Part shown: positions 18,551 to 27,118 of the stretch, in pieces
Layout of the letters: every line of letters begins with the position of its first letter
How positions within the stretch are numbered: the stretch's first letter is position 1
Assembly: GCA_965208125.1 (NCBI GenBank)
Contig: OZ242320.1
Coordinates: 2,784,001 to 2,848,000 of the forward strand
Direction: 5' to 3'
Length of the DNA: 64,000 nucleotides
Source of the DNA: Candidatus Latescibacterota bacterium
GTDB lineage: Bacteria > Latescibacterota > UBA2968
Made by a program: the position numbers and the translations under genes
The notes under the pieces: model-generated
Seen by the model: the letters and a program-made list of their open reading frames with translations, nothing else
Told to the model about the DNA's origin: nothing
Database searches by the model: none

Positions 18551-21439
18551 ATGACAAGATGGATAATCGCACTTGTTGCGATGTCGTTTTTATCCGCATC
18601 GGCGATGGCCGGGGTGACGGGTAAAATTGTGGGTCAGGTTGTTGACAAAGATGACGGTGGTAGTTTGCCCGGTGCCAATGTGGTGGTTCTGGGCTTGCAC
18701 AGTGTCTTTGGTGCGACATCCGATACCGAAGGTAATTTTGTGATTTTGAATGTGCCAGCAGGCACTTTTGACGTAAAATGCAGCTTTATCGGGTATCAAG
18801 ACGTGGTGCTCAAGGGCATCAAGGTGTTACCCGATTTGACTACGGAAGTAGATTTTGTGCTTACAGCACAGGCTCTGGAAGGCGAAACTATTGAAGTGGT
18901 GGCGGAGCGTCCGCTGGTGCAGAAAGACAAGACCAGCTCGATGCGCCTCGTAACCAGCGAAGAACTCGAGTATATGCCGGTTCGCGGGTATGCAGCGGCC
19001 ACGTCCTTGCAGGCGGGTGTGACGAATCGGAACGGCTCTCTTTACATACGCGGTGGGCGGTTTTCAGAAGTTGACTACATTGTCGATGGCGTATCGCAGA
19101 AGAATTTGCAGTATGGCTCATCGACCACGGCCCTGAGCAATGGTGCTATAGATCAGGTATCCGTGATTGTGGGTGGGTTTGAAGCGGAGTATGGGCGCGT
19201 GATGTCGGGCGTTGTCAAGGTGGTGACGCGCGAAGGCGGGCAGAACTATTCGGGGTCTGTGGAACACATCACCGATGAGTGGAATGACCGCAGTTGGGCC
19301 GGTGCGCCCTCTTATGGGTATAACACTACCGAAGCGACACTGGGTGGTCCACTCATTCCCGGGACGAACGGGCCTTCGTTTTTTGTCTCTGGAGACCGCG
19401 TCGATCGCCTCGACCGCAGTCCGCGCTGGGGTGTGGAAGCCCACGAGTGGGAAAAAGACCTTTTGCCAAAGGAAGATTACGATCTGCTCAGCGAGGGCAT
19501 ATTGCCGCATTATACGCTCGACAGCTGGAGCTGGCAGGGCAAACTGGCGTATCGATTGTCCGACGAAATCGATCTGAAAGCAGGGATTATAGGCTCAAAA
19601 TATGATCGCTTGAGCTATAGTCACTCATATCGCTATAATTTGCGGCATGCGCCGCGTGCCAAAAGCAATAACTATTCGGCGTTTGCTCGCGTGACCTACA
19701 CGCTCGGAGCAAAGACCTTCTTCACCTTGCAAACAAGTATGTTCGATCAGAATTTCAAGGCGGGTGACGGGGTTCATTTCGACAATTTGCACGACTATGC
19801 CCGTCCCCAGGGCAATCCGCGTTATGACGCGGAAAGTTTGTTTGCCCGCGGCGATGTGGATTCCACCGAGATTACGCGGACAACGGAAACCATCAATGAT
19901 CGCTCTATAACGTATTTTGAAGGCGATGAAGGGCGCATATATAATAGCTTTACGCAAAGCAGTTCATTTTATCTCACGCCTATCGACTTTGATTTGACCA
20001 GTCAGGTCAGCCGCAATCACCAGTTCAAGCTCGGTTTTGACGTGCAGATGCATCGGTTGCGTTATTATCGTCATCTGGTCCCCAGTTTGATCTTTCGCGG
20101 TCCATTCGTCAGCACAGACGACAGGGGTGGCTTTCAGGATGTAGATCGCTACGGGTATGATTACAACTGGAATAAACAGGGCATTGAGCCTCTGGATTCT
20201 ACCCGCGACGCGCAAAAAGAACCCATTTTGGCCTCGTTTTACGTGCAGGACAAGATGGAATACGACGGTTTGATCATCAATGCGGGCGTGCGATACGATT
20301 ATTTGAATGCGAGTACCGATGTGCTGGCGAATGAAGGCGTGCCACTGGGTGGCGATTCGACATTGGATCCATCGGATCTGGCTGGCAACAGCGTGTATCA
20401 CAAGATCAGCCCGCGTCTGGGCGTTGGATTTCCCGTTACAGATAAGACCGTGTTTCACATGAACTACGGTATTTTTTATCAGCAACCCAAGCTGGAAGAC
20501 CTGTATGTTGGTCTGGATTATCTGGAATACAAAGCGCCACTGGGGGGATATTATTACGCTTTTGGCAATCCGAATCTCAGACCGGAAAAAACCACGGCTT
20601 ATGAAGTGGGTGTGGTGCAGCAGGTGGGTGACCATGCCAGTGTCGATGTGACGGCGTATTACAAAGCCGTGGAAAACCTCGTCCAGGTGACGACAATTCC
20701 GTCTGATCCCGTGGCTTTTGCCTCGTTCCGCAACAACGACTACGGAACCATTAAGGGGCTGGACTTTGGTTTGCTAATGCGTCGCATAGGGCGCACAACA
20801 GCACGCATCTCTTATTCACTGGCTTATGCGACGGGCACGGGATCATCGCCACAAACCCAGCGGCGGATCGCCTGGAGCTTCCAACCCGGCGTGACCGAGC
20901 CGCCCAAATCGACCTCACCGCTCGACTTTGATCAACGCCACAAAATTTCGGCATCGATCGACTATCGCTTTGTAGATAAAGACGGCCCGAGGTTCCTGGG
21001 CGGTCAGCCGCTGTCCAATGCCGGGATCAATGTGTTGTTCACAGCCGGGAGTGGATTCCCCTATACCCCCACGTTTACGTTTAATGAAGTGACTACAGGG
21101 GCTTCGGCGTCACGTCCTTCGGGACCGGTGAATTCCAGCTATGGTCCCTGGACATTCAGGACTGATGTGAAGGCGAATAAGCGTTTCAAAATTATAGGAC
21201 TTCAGGGTGACATATACGTATGGGTGCTCAATTTGCTCAACCGCGCCAACGCAACCAGTCCCGTGTATTCGAGCACGGGTAGCCCAATGACTTCGGGCTG
21301 GTTGAATACAGCTGAAGGCCGCAAATTTGTGGAGCGCTTTGGTCAACTGGGCGAAGACAAATACAAGCTCAAAGAGAACAGCCCATTCAACTTTGGCACG
21401 CCGCGGCAGGTTCGCTTCGGACTCGCGCTCAGCTTCTAA
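18551..21439 (+). CDS. TonB-dependent receptor with N-terminal carboxypeptidase-regulatory-like domain
   Basis: GKIVGQVVD...LPGANV, YIRGGR plug motif, GGFEAEYG, GNPNLRPEKT, C-terminal PRQVRFGLALSF. Confidence 0.92.
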   Translation: MTRWIIALVAMSFLSASAMAGVTGKIVGQVVDKDDGGSLPGANVVVLGLHSVFGATSDTEGNFVILNVPAGTFDVKCSFIGYQDVVLKGIKVLPDLTTEVDFVLTAQALEGETIEVVAERPLVQKDKTSSMRLVTSEELEYMPVRGYAAATSLQAGVTNRNGSLYIRGGRFSEVDYIVDGVSQKNLQYGSSTTALSNGAIDQVSVIVGGFEAEYGRVMSGVVKVVTREGGQNYSGSVEHITDEWNDRSWAGAPSYGYNTTEATLGGPLIPGTNGPSFFVSGDRVDRLDRSPRWGVEAHEWEKDLLPKEDYDLLSEGILPHYTLDSWSWQGKLAYRLSDEIDLKAGIIGSKYDRLSYSHSYRYNLRHAPRAKSNNYSAFARVTYTLGAKTFFTLQTSMFDQNFKAGDGVHFDNLHDYARPQGNPRYDAESLFARGDVDSTEITRTTETINDRSITYFEGDEGRIYNSFTQSSSFYLTPIDFDLTSQVSRNHQFKLGFDVQMHRLRYYRHLVPSLIFRGPFVSTDDRGGFQDVDRYGYDYNWNKQGIEPLDSTRDAQKEPILASFYVQDKMEYDGLIINAGVRYDYLNASTDVLANEGVPLGGDSTLDPSDLAGNSVYHKISPRLGVGFPVTDKTVFHMNYGIFYQQPKLEDLYVGLDYLEYKAPLGGYYYAFGNPNLRPEKTTAYEVGVVQQVGDHASVDVTAYYKAVENLVQVTTIPSDPVAFASFRNNDYGTIKGLDFGLLMRRIGRTTARISYSLAYATGTGSSPQTQRRIAWSFQPGVTEPPKSTSPLDFDQRHKISASIDYRFVDKDGPRFLGGQPLSNAGINVLFTAGSGFPYTPTFTFNEVTTGASASRPSGPVNSSYGPWTFRTDVKANKRFKIIGLQGDIYVWVLNLLNRANATSPVYSSTGSPMTSGWLNTAEGRKFVERFGQLGEDKYKLKENSPFNFGTPRQVRFGLALSF

Positions 21440-21454
21440 ATGGGAGGTTAGAAC

Positions 21455-24400
21455 ATGAAAAGCTTTTTGAATATTCTGACGCTGGCTTTGATGAGCGTGA
21501 GCATGGCTGGCATTGCGCTGGCTGTATCGCCCTCGCAAAAGCCGCGATTGGGTAAAATTAGCAATGATCAAGTGATTGATGTGAACAATATCTCAATGTT
21601 TGTGACCAACCAGGGATCATTTGCCTGGGATCTGGCGACCGGGGCTTCGGGTCTTGAATATCCCAAGGGCACGGGCAAAACCGCGGTATTTGCCTCCGGT
21701 CCGTGGATTGCGGGGAAGGTCAATGGAGAGATTCGGGTGGCGATTGCCGAGTATTCATTTGAGTATGCGCCCGGGCCGATTTTGCCCGATGGCACACCCG
21801 CCGATCCGCAACTCGACCGCTATCGGGTGTATAAGATCAGCAGAGGTGATGGCCCGGAAAACCCGGATTATGCGCAGTGGCCGGTTGAAGACGGCGCGCC
21901 GGTCAATCCCGACGGTACGCCGATGGTGCTGGGCGATCAGACCCTGTGGGCGGTGTATAACGATGCCGATCCCGGCGTCCACGCCAATATGCAGACCGCA
22001 CCTTTGGGCGTTGAAATACAGCAGACGACATTTGCGTTCGACCGCACAGGTCCTCTTGGCAATGTGGTGTTCATCAAATTTTTGATCATCAACAAGGGTG
22101 GCAATACCATCGATAGCACGTATGTGTCGCTGTGGTCTGATCCCGATCTGGGTCAGTTCGATAACGACCTGGTGGGCTGCGATGTTGAGACCAGCTTTGG
22201 GTTTTGTTATAACGGGTCAAATGTAGATGCGCAGTACGGTTCGTCACCTCCAGTCGTGGGATATGACTTTTTCAAGGGTCCGATTGGCGATGACGGTGTG
22301 GAATTGCCGATGACGTCGTTTAACAAATATATCAACGGCACGGATCCTCAAACCGCAGAAGAGACCTTTAATTATATGAAGGGCCTTGATCCGGATGGCG
22401 GCGTTGCCGATCACACCGATCCAATTACAGGTCAGGTGAAGGCATTTATGGTCGATGGAGATCCGGTTACGGGCGCGGGCTGGCTTGACGAAAATCCGGC
22501 TGATCGCCGCTTTATGCTCACGGCGGGTCCGTTTACCTTTGCGCCCGGCGATACGCAGGAAGTGGTGGGCGCCATTATTATAGGTCAAGGTCAAGATCGT
22601 CTCACGTCGATTACAGCCGCGCGTTTTAACGATACATTTGCACAATCGGCTTTTGATGCCAATTTTGAATTGCCATCGCCTCCGCCTGCACCCAAAGTAT
22701 CCGTGGGGATAACAGGGGATCACGGAGGCAATGGTAGAATTCAGTTGACCTGGGGTAGTGACTCAGAAGTTGCCTCGGGCGATTATGCATTCGAAGGTTA
22801 TAACGTGTACCAGGGCGAGTCGGTTGCTGGTCCCTGGAGGCGTCTTGTGACTTATGACGTGGTCAATGGCTCGGCCATTATTTTTGACAGTCAGTTCGAT
22901 GAAGGTGCCGGTGTGGTGATCAACTCGCCCGTGCAATTTGGCGGCGACTCGGGTATTCGGCGCTTTATTGAACTCACCGAGGATAAGGTTTTGGGTGGTC
23001 GTCTGGTGACGGGTAAAACCTATTATTTTGCAGTGACGGCCTATTCGTTGAATGAGAGCAGGTCGCCAAAAACGCTCGAGACATCCATCACACCTCTGGC
23101 CGATGGGCGCATGACGTTTAAGCCCCTTTCGGATGAGATGATTCCGGCCAATGGCATTGTGCCGCGCGGACCCACTGCGGGTACGCGCTTCAATACCGTG
23201 GGTGTGGATAGTGTTGTTGAACACACATCGGGTGTAAGCGATGGTATTGTGGCTGTGGAGGTGGTTGACGATACACGGGTCACGGGCGCGTCTTACGAAG
23301 TGCGCTTCCGCGATACCGAGGCCGGAACGGTTTGGGATCTGATCAATCTGTCGAGTGGTCAGGCCGTGCTTTCAGATATGCAGCAGCACGCAAATATAGA
23401 TGATGCGATTACCAATCCAATTGTCGAGGGTTTGCTCGTGCGCGTTACCGGTCCTCCCCTTGGCATGAAAGATTGGGATATTCCATCGGGTGAGCGGTGG
23501 ATGACGTGGTTTCATACCAGTCCCTATTTGGCTGGTTTTTCTACTGAAGGCTTCGGAGGTGCGATAACGGGCGATGTTGCCCATAGTTGGTTTGGTCCCA
23601 CGAGCGTGTCACCTTCGCAGTTGGTCAATGTGGAATTGCGATTTACCAGTGTGATTGAGGATGATGGCGAAGATCAGTACAAACCCCTCGACCTGACCAA
23701 TCCCAATGTGTCGTGGGGATATCGGTATTTGCGCGCCGCGGGCAGACCTGCACCTGCTCCCGAAGAACTAACCCTGTCCCATGTGCCTTATGACTGGAGT
23801 GATTACATCGTCAATACAGAAGGTCCCGGTGTTTATGTGTATCAAGACCGGAGGCCCATTGCACTGTCTGCATGGGATGTTGAAAATAATCGGCGCCTTG
23901 AAGTGGGCTGGCTGGAAAACAATCTGGCCGGTGGCCTGGTCAATGGAGCCTGGGGACCGCCACTTGGTGACGATGTGCCCCATACGTTTGTCGCCCGTGA
24001 GTGGCTGTTCATTTTTGATCGGGATTATACCGAGCGGAACGATGATTCCAATTTGGCGGAGTTGTCTCAGGGCTTGATCAACGATGCGCCGGCACCGCCC
24101 ATTATGTATATCCTTTTTGTTAATCGCCGCACGGCAGATCGTTTCCCGCAGGATGGCGATTCATTTTTGATGATCGCCAATAAAATCAATACCCCCAACG
24201 ATGTGTTTTTATTTAACACGCAGGGGACTCTCCGCGGTGATCAGGAGTTGGCGGTGGAGGATTTGACAAAAATTCTGGCGGTGCCCAATCCGTATCTGGG
24301 GCGTTCGTCTTATGAATTTAACTCTCTTGCACGCCAGATGCGTTTTACCAATCTTCCCGCGCAGTGTACGATCCGAATTTTCAGTCTGTCGGGCGATCTG

Positions 24401-24577
24401 GTGCGAACGATTGAGCACAATAACGGTCTGTCGTTTGATACCTGGGATCTAAAAACAGATCAGGGCGTGCTGGTTGCCAGCGGCATTTATATCGCGCATT
24501 TTGACGCGCCAAATATCGGTACGCATTTTATCAAGTGCGCGGTGTTCATGGAAGCTGAGACGCTGAACACATTTTAA
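21455..24577 (+). CDS. Secreted protein with FnIII-like middle region and T9SS-type C-terminal sorting domain
   Basis: Signal peptide; IQLTW...FEGYNVY...YYFAVTAY; tail AVPNPY...FTNLP...IRIFSLSGDLVRTI...WDLKT...VASGIYI. Confidence 0.85.
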   Translation: MKSFLNILTLALMSVSMAGIALAVSPSQKPRLGKISNDQVIDVNNISMFVTNQGSFAWDLATGASGLEYPKGTGKTAVFASGPWIAGKVNGEIRVAIAEYSFEYAPGPILPDGTPADPQLDRYRVYKISRGDGPENPDYAQWPVEDGAPVNPDGTPMVLGDQTLWAVYNDADPGVHANMQTAPLGVEIQQTTFAFDRTGPLGNVVFIKFLIINKGGNTIDSTYVSLWSDPDLGQFDNDLVGCDVETSFGFCYNGSNVDAQYGSSPPVVGYDFFKGPIGDDGVELPMTSFNKYINGTDPQTAEETFNYMKGLDPDGGVADHTDPITGQVKAFMVDGDPVTGAGWLDENPADRRFMLTAGPFTFAPGDTQEVVGAIIIGQGQDRLTSITAARFNDTFAQSAFDANFELPSPPPAPKVSVGITGDHGGNGRIQLTWGSDSEVASGDYAFEGYNVYQGESVAGPWRRLVTYDVVNGSAIIFDSQFDEGAGVVINSPVQFGGDSGIRRFIELTEDKVLGGRLVTGKTYYFAVTAYSLNESRSPKTLETSITPLADGRMTFKPLSDEMIPANGIVPRGPTAGTRFNTVGVDSVVEHTSGVSDGIVAVEVVDDTRVTGASYEVRFRDTEAGTVWDLINLSSGQAVLSDMQQHANIDDAITNPIVEGLLVRVTGPPLGMKDWDIPSGERWMTWFHTSPYLAGFSTEGFGGAITGDVAHSWFGPTSVSPSQLVNVELRFTSVIEDDGEDQYKPLDLTNPNVSWGYRYLRAAGRPAPAPEELTLSHVPYDWSDYIVNTEGPGVYVYQDRRPIALSAWDVENNRRLEVGWLENNLAGGLVNGAWGPPLGDDVPHTFVAREWLFIFDRDYTERNDDSNLAELSQGLINDAPAPPIMYILFVNRRTADRFPQDGDSFLMIANKINTPNDVFLFNTQGTLRGDQELAVEDLTKILAVPNPYLGRSSYEFNSLARQMRFTNLPAQCTIRIFSLSGDLVRTIEHNNGLSFDTWDLKTDQGVLVASGIYIAHFDAPNIGTHFIKCAVFMEAETLNTF
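21473..22667 (+). repeat. Long direct repeat A, copy 2
   Basis: Matches 16103..17300. Confidence 0.9.
23462..24181 (+). repeat. Long direct repeat B, copy 2
   Basis: Matches 17369..18079. Confidence 0.85.
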
Positions 24578-24603
24578 CGAACCGCTGAATGGAGGAATAA
24601 CTT

Positions 24604-25659
24604 ATGTTCAGGCAGATGATTTTTCTGTTTGCCGCGCTGGCATTGATCGTTCAGGATGCCCGTGCAGGCGATGAGAGCCGTATCGGCACAGCCGCAGCAC
24701 AAGAGTTGCGCATTCCAATTGGTTCGCGCGGTACAGCACTTGGAGGCGCCATACTGGCTCATGTAAAAGGTGCGGAGGCATTGCAGTGGAATCCTTCGGG
24801 ATTGGTATTTGGAACGCACAAACGCGAAGTCTTGTTTTCATATCTGGATTATATTGCAGATATGAATGTGAACTATTTTGCGATTACCACGCGTCTGCGC
24901 GATGATATTTCGGTGGGGATCAGTGCCCGTGCGTTAGCAGTGGGCGATATTATTGTGACGACCGAGGAATCGCCCGAAGGTACGGGTGAGATACTCTCTC
25001 CGAGGTTTTCGTGTGTGACATTTACGTATTCGCAATTGTTGACAGATCGCGTGTCGTTTGGCACTACGATTAAATATATCCACGAGGCGATTAAGCGAGA
25101 GGTTGCCAATGGCCTGGCGTTTGATTTTGGTTTCCAGTACAAAACCGCACTCAAAGGTTTAACGCTGGGTATTGCTATGCGCAACTATGGTCCAGACATG
25201 CGGTTTGATGGTCCGGATCTGGATCGGGTGGTGAGATTGCAAGACGCGATTCCAGAGGCTGATCCCCAAGCCGGGTCGCGCACTTTCCGCACGTCACTGG
25301 CATCTGCGGAGTTGCCCACGTCCATAGAAATCGGTTTTTCCTATGCTTTCTATGAAGACGCGCTGGGCAAAGCTGCTTTTTCTGCGACCTTCCGCAATAA
25401 CAATCTGGCGACTGACGAGTATCAGGCTGGCGTTGAGTATTCGATGAAGCAAATTCTTCAGTTGCGCGGAGGGTATGTGACGTCTCCAACCGGTGATGCC
25501 CTGCCCAACGGGTTTAAGAAGGAATATATTCTCGGTCCGACGTTTGGGTTTGGTCTCAATGTGCCTATGGGCAATATGGCTTTTCAAGTGGATTATGCCT
25601 ATGGCAGAACTGAGTACTTTCAGGATAATCACTGGGTGACTGTGGGGCTTGGGTTTTAG
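24604..25659 (+). CDS. PorV/PorQ family outer-membrane beta-barrel
   Basis: GTAAAQELRIPIGSRGTALGG, WNPSGL, FDFGFQY, C-terminal Phe. Confidence 0.85.
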   Translation: MFRQMIFLFAALALIVQDARAGDESRIGTAAAQELRIPIGSRGTALGGAILAHVKGAEALQWNPSGLVFGTHKREVLFSYLDYIADMNVNYFAITTRLRDDISVGISARALAVGDIIVTTEESPEGTGEILSPRFSCVTFTYSQLLTDRVSFGTTIKYIHEAIKREVANGLAFDFGFQYKTALKGLTLGIAMRNYGPDMRFDGPDLDRVVRLQDAIPEADPQAGSRTFRTSLASAELPTSIEIGFSYAFYEDALGKAAFSATFRNNNLATDEYQAGVEYSMKQILQLRGGYVTSPTGDALPNGFKKEYILGPTFGFGLNVPMGNMAFQVDYAYGRTEYFQDNHWVTVGLGF

Positions 25660-25730
25660 AAGTGTGAAGTATGAAGTGTGAAGTATGAAGGGTGGCCTTC
25701 TCTTCTAACTTCTCACTTCTTTCTTCTCAT
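25659..25730. repeat. Heptamer tandem repeat with a partially complementary pyrimidine tract
   Basis: (GAAGTGT GAAGTAT)x2 GAAGGGT followed by CTTCT-containing repeats. Confidence 0.75.
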
Positions 25731-25740
25731 AGGTGTATTT

Positions 25741-25785
25741 AACCGCCTGCATTGGTTTTTATTACCAATGTCAGGCGGTTTTTTT
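25741..25785 (+). terminator. Rho-independent terminator of the receptor operon
   Basis: AACCGCCTG-CATTGGT...ACCAATG-T-CAGGCGGTT plus T-run. Confidence 0.8.
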
Positions 25786-25842
25786 CTTCTTTGAAAATCC
25801 TATTTATATAAAAAACAATAAGATAGGGTCTGAAGAGTGTTT

Positions 25843-25858
25843 TGGCACAGATATTGCA
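25843..25858 (+). promoter_or_regulatory. sigma54 (-24/-12) promoter of pspA
   Basis: TGGCAC-AGATA-TTGCA consensus preceded by an AT-rich tract. Confidence 0.85.
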
Positions 25859-25910
25859 AAGAGATAGATGTGAATTTGATCGATAACCAATAACCAGAAG
25901 GAGATATACC

Positions 25911-26579
25911 ATGGGTGCCTTTTCAAGGATAAGCAATGTGGTTCGCGCTGAGGTTGACGATGTTCTGAATAAGATAGAGGATCCAAAGAAGATGGTGCGG
26001 CAGATGGTGCGGGATATGGAGGACGCGCTGGATGATGCGGTGGTTGCTGTGGCACAGGCGATGGCCAGTGAGAAGTTGCTGGCGCGTCGGATTGCACAGA
26101 AGCGGGAAGAGTCGGCTTTGTGGGCGCGCAAGGCAGAGGATGCTATGGATGCTGGTGAAGAGGAACTGGCGCGCAAAGCACTATTTCAGAAGGTGGCGGT
26201 TGATGAAGCGGTCAATACCCTGCAAAAAGCGCGGGGGGAAGCGGAAGAGGTGACGGCGACCCTGAAGCAGCGACTCGCAGAACTGAAGGCCAAATTGGCG
26301 TCTGCCCGCGCACGGCAGAGCACGCTGGCGATTCGCAGACAGGTGGTGCAGGAGGTGCGACAGGATGCGCGTGTAGAAGCTTATGATCGGTTTGTTCGGG
26401 ATGTGGCGCGCGAGGAAGCGACTGCTGAAGTCTATGCCGAGATGGTGGATGATGCACAGTTGCAAGAAGAGTTTGATCAACTGGAACGAAAGCAGCGCGT
26501 TGAAGCCGAGATGCAGGTGTTGAAGGAGAAAGTGAAACAAAGTGCGCGCCAGAATGATGAATCTGAAGAGGAGAAGTAA
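25911..26579 (+). CDS. pspA: PspA/IM30 family protein
   Basis: MGAFSRI...KIEDPKKMVRQMVRDME...GEEELARKAL coiled coil; strong RBS. Confidence 0.9.
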   Translation: MGAFSRISNVVRAEVDDVLNKIEDPKKMVRQMVRDMEDALDDAVVAVAQAMASEKLLARRIAQKREESALWARKAEDAMDAGEEELARKALFQKVAVDEAVNTLQKARGEAEEVTATLKQRLAELKAKLASARARQSTLAIRRQVVQEVRQDARVEAYDRFVRDVAREEATAEVYAEMVDDAQLQEEFDQLERKQRVEAEMQVLKEKVKQSARQNDESEEEK

Positions 26580-26581
26580 TT

Positions 26582-26770
26582 ATGTTCGCAAAATTATTCG
26601 GCATTGCCTTGCTGGTCGTCGGTGGGTTTGTTGCTTTTTGCTTGCTGATGGCTCTCGTTGGAACAGTTTTGAGTATTTTGATTTTTGCGTTGAAGGTGGC
26701 AATTCCCATTTTGCTGGTGTATCTGGGATATCGGTTGATCACGAGAGATAGACACCAGGTTACGTATTGA
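26582..26770 (+). CDS. Small two-TM membrane protein co-transcribed with pspA
   Basis: 62-aa hydrophobic ORF 2 nt after pspA with a GAGGAG RBS. Confidence 0.75.
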   Translation: MFAKLFGIALLVVGGFVAFCLLMALVGTVLSILIFALKVAIPILLVYLGYRLITRDRHQVTY

Positions 26771-26787
26771 ATGGTTGGCTGACTGCC

Positions 26788-26858
26788 GGGACGGCACAGG
26801 GGCCGTCCCCTACATAGACACGATCATTGCATGTAGGGGCGACCACAGGGGGTCGCCC
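26788..26858. repeat. Inverted pair of GTAG-type REP-like elements
   Basis: GGGACGGC-acaggg-GCCGTCCCCTACA ... TGTAGGGGCGACC-acaggg-GGTCGCCC; a degenerate single copy lies at 42183..42210. Confidence 0.75.
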
Positions 26859-26876
26859 GCTGCACGCGAATGAATA

Positions 26877-26911
26877 GAAGCCCTGGGCGTTGGATGACGT
26901 CCAGGGCTTTT
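26877..26911 (+). terminator. Hairpin terminator after the psp genes
   Basis: AAGCCCTGGGCGT-tggatg-ACGTCCAGGGCTTTT. Confidence 0.65.
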
Positions 26912-26974
26912 GTGTACAAACGCTTGACAGAGAGACATATTGCAGATTATTTTTTTCACTCAGTGGAGTGGTTT

Positions 26975-27118
26975 ATGATCGCTTATCTAAAAAAAATGAA
27001 AAATCGAACATACGAAATTCTCGAAGTCGCTGATCTTACCCGCCGCATTAAAAAGGAATTGTCCAGGCGCAAGCTCATTCCGTCTGATGTGCGTTTTACC
27101 GATGTTGTTGATGATTGA
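26975..27118 (+). CDS. Small basic hypothetical protein (47 aa)
   Basis: GGAG RBS, upstream TTGACA-N18-TATTTT, stop overlaps the next start. Confidence 0.5.
   Translation: MIAYLKKMKNRTYEILEVADLTRRIKKELSRRKLIPSDVRFTDVVDD

Noticed and set aside
16103-24181. Diversity-generating retroelement (TR/VR pair) as the explanation for the repeats
   Set aside because: Differences are not adenine-specific, are mostly synonymous, include indels, both copies are coding, and no reverse transcriptase is in the window.
25659-25730. CRISPR array
   Set aside because: 7-bp tandem units without spacers and no cas genes.
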